Below are positions 19,009 through 19,196 of a stretch of DNA of 19,196 nt, one piece after another (within the stretch, counting starts at the first letter, position 1; the number at the start of each line of letters is the position of its first letter). Below the pieces are notes generated by a model. The model saw only the letters and a list, made by a program, of their open reading frames with translations, had not been told where the DNA came from and searched no databases. Position numbers and translations under genes: made by a program. Source of the DNA: Octopus sinensis. Taxonomy: Eukaryota. The DNA lies in NCBI RefSeq assembly GCF_006345805.1, contig NW_021824403.1, positions 1 to 19,196 of the forward strand. The letters are read 5' to 3'.

Positions 19009-19185
19009 GGTGGCGAGCTGGCAGAAACGTTAGGACGACAGGTAAAATTCTTAGGGGTATTTCGTCCGTCGCTACGTTCTGATTTCAAATTCCGCCGAGG
19101 TCGACTTTGCCTTTCATCCTTTCGGGGTCGATAAAGTAAGTATCAGTGAACACTGGGTCGATGTAATCGATTTTCCCTCCCCAAC
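19008..19185 (+). mobile_element. SINE family C variant (different 3' end)
   Basis: GGTGGCGAGCTGGCAGAAACG...TTCAAATTCCGCCGAGGTCGACTTTGCCTTTCATCCTTTCGGGGTCGAT matches family C, then diverges after GATGTAATCGA into TTTTCCCTCCCC. Confidence 0.88.
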
Positions 19186-19196
19186 AAATTATATAT

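Overview
AT-rich, repeat-saturated, non-coding eukaryotic DNA. I can support no intact protein-coding gene, rRNA, tRNA or CRISPR array, and almost all ORFs in the supplied track are translations of microsatellites. The repeat complement looks like octopus (coleoid cephalopod) intronic or intergenic DNA; this is an inference from my recollection of the repeat families, not a database result. The window holds three tRNA-headed SINE families (labelled A, B, C here), a degraded fourth repeat family (D), a fold-back Tc1/mariner-type MITE, a Helitron-like and a HINE/DINE-1-like non-autonomous element, and three retroelement coding remnants (CR1/L2-group LINE 3' end, R4/Dong-type 3' end in a (TAA)n tract, Penelope-like GIY-YIG). 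It also has many microsatellites, including a 1.5 kb (AAT)n array with higher-order structure. The most interesting observations are: (1) two copies of a short microsatellite-embedded element, each carrying a minimal type I hammerhead-ribozyme-like motif on the minus strand; (2) a 3' tail shared by SINE family A and the LINE fragment, with a hairpin conserved in shape but not in sequence; (3) several fold-back or inverted-repeat configurations that could form dsRNA.
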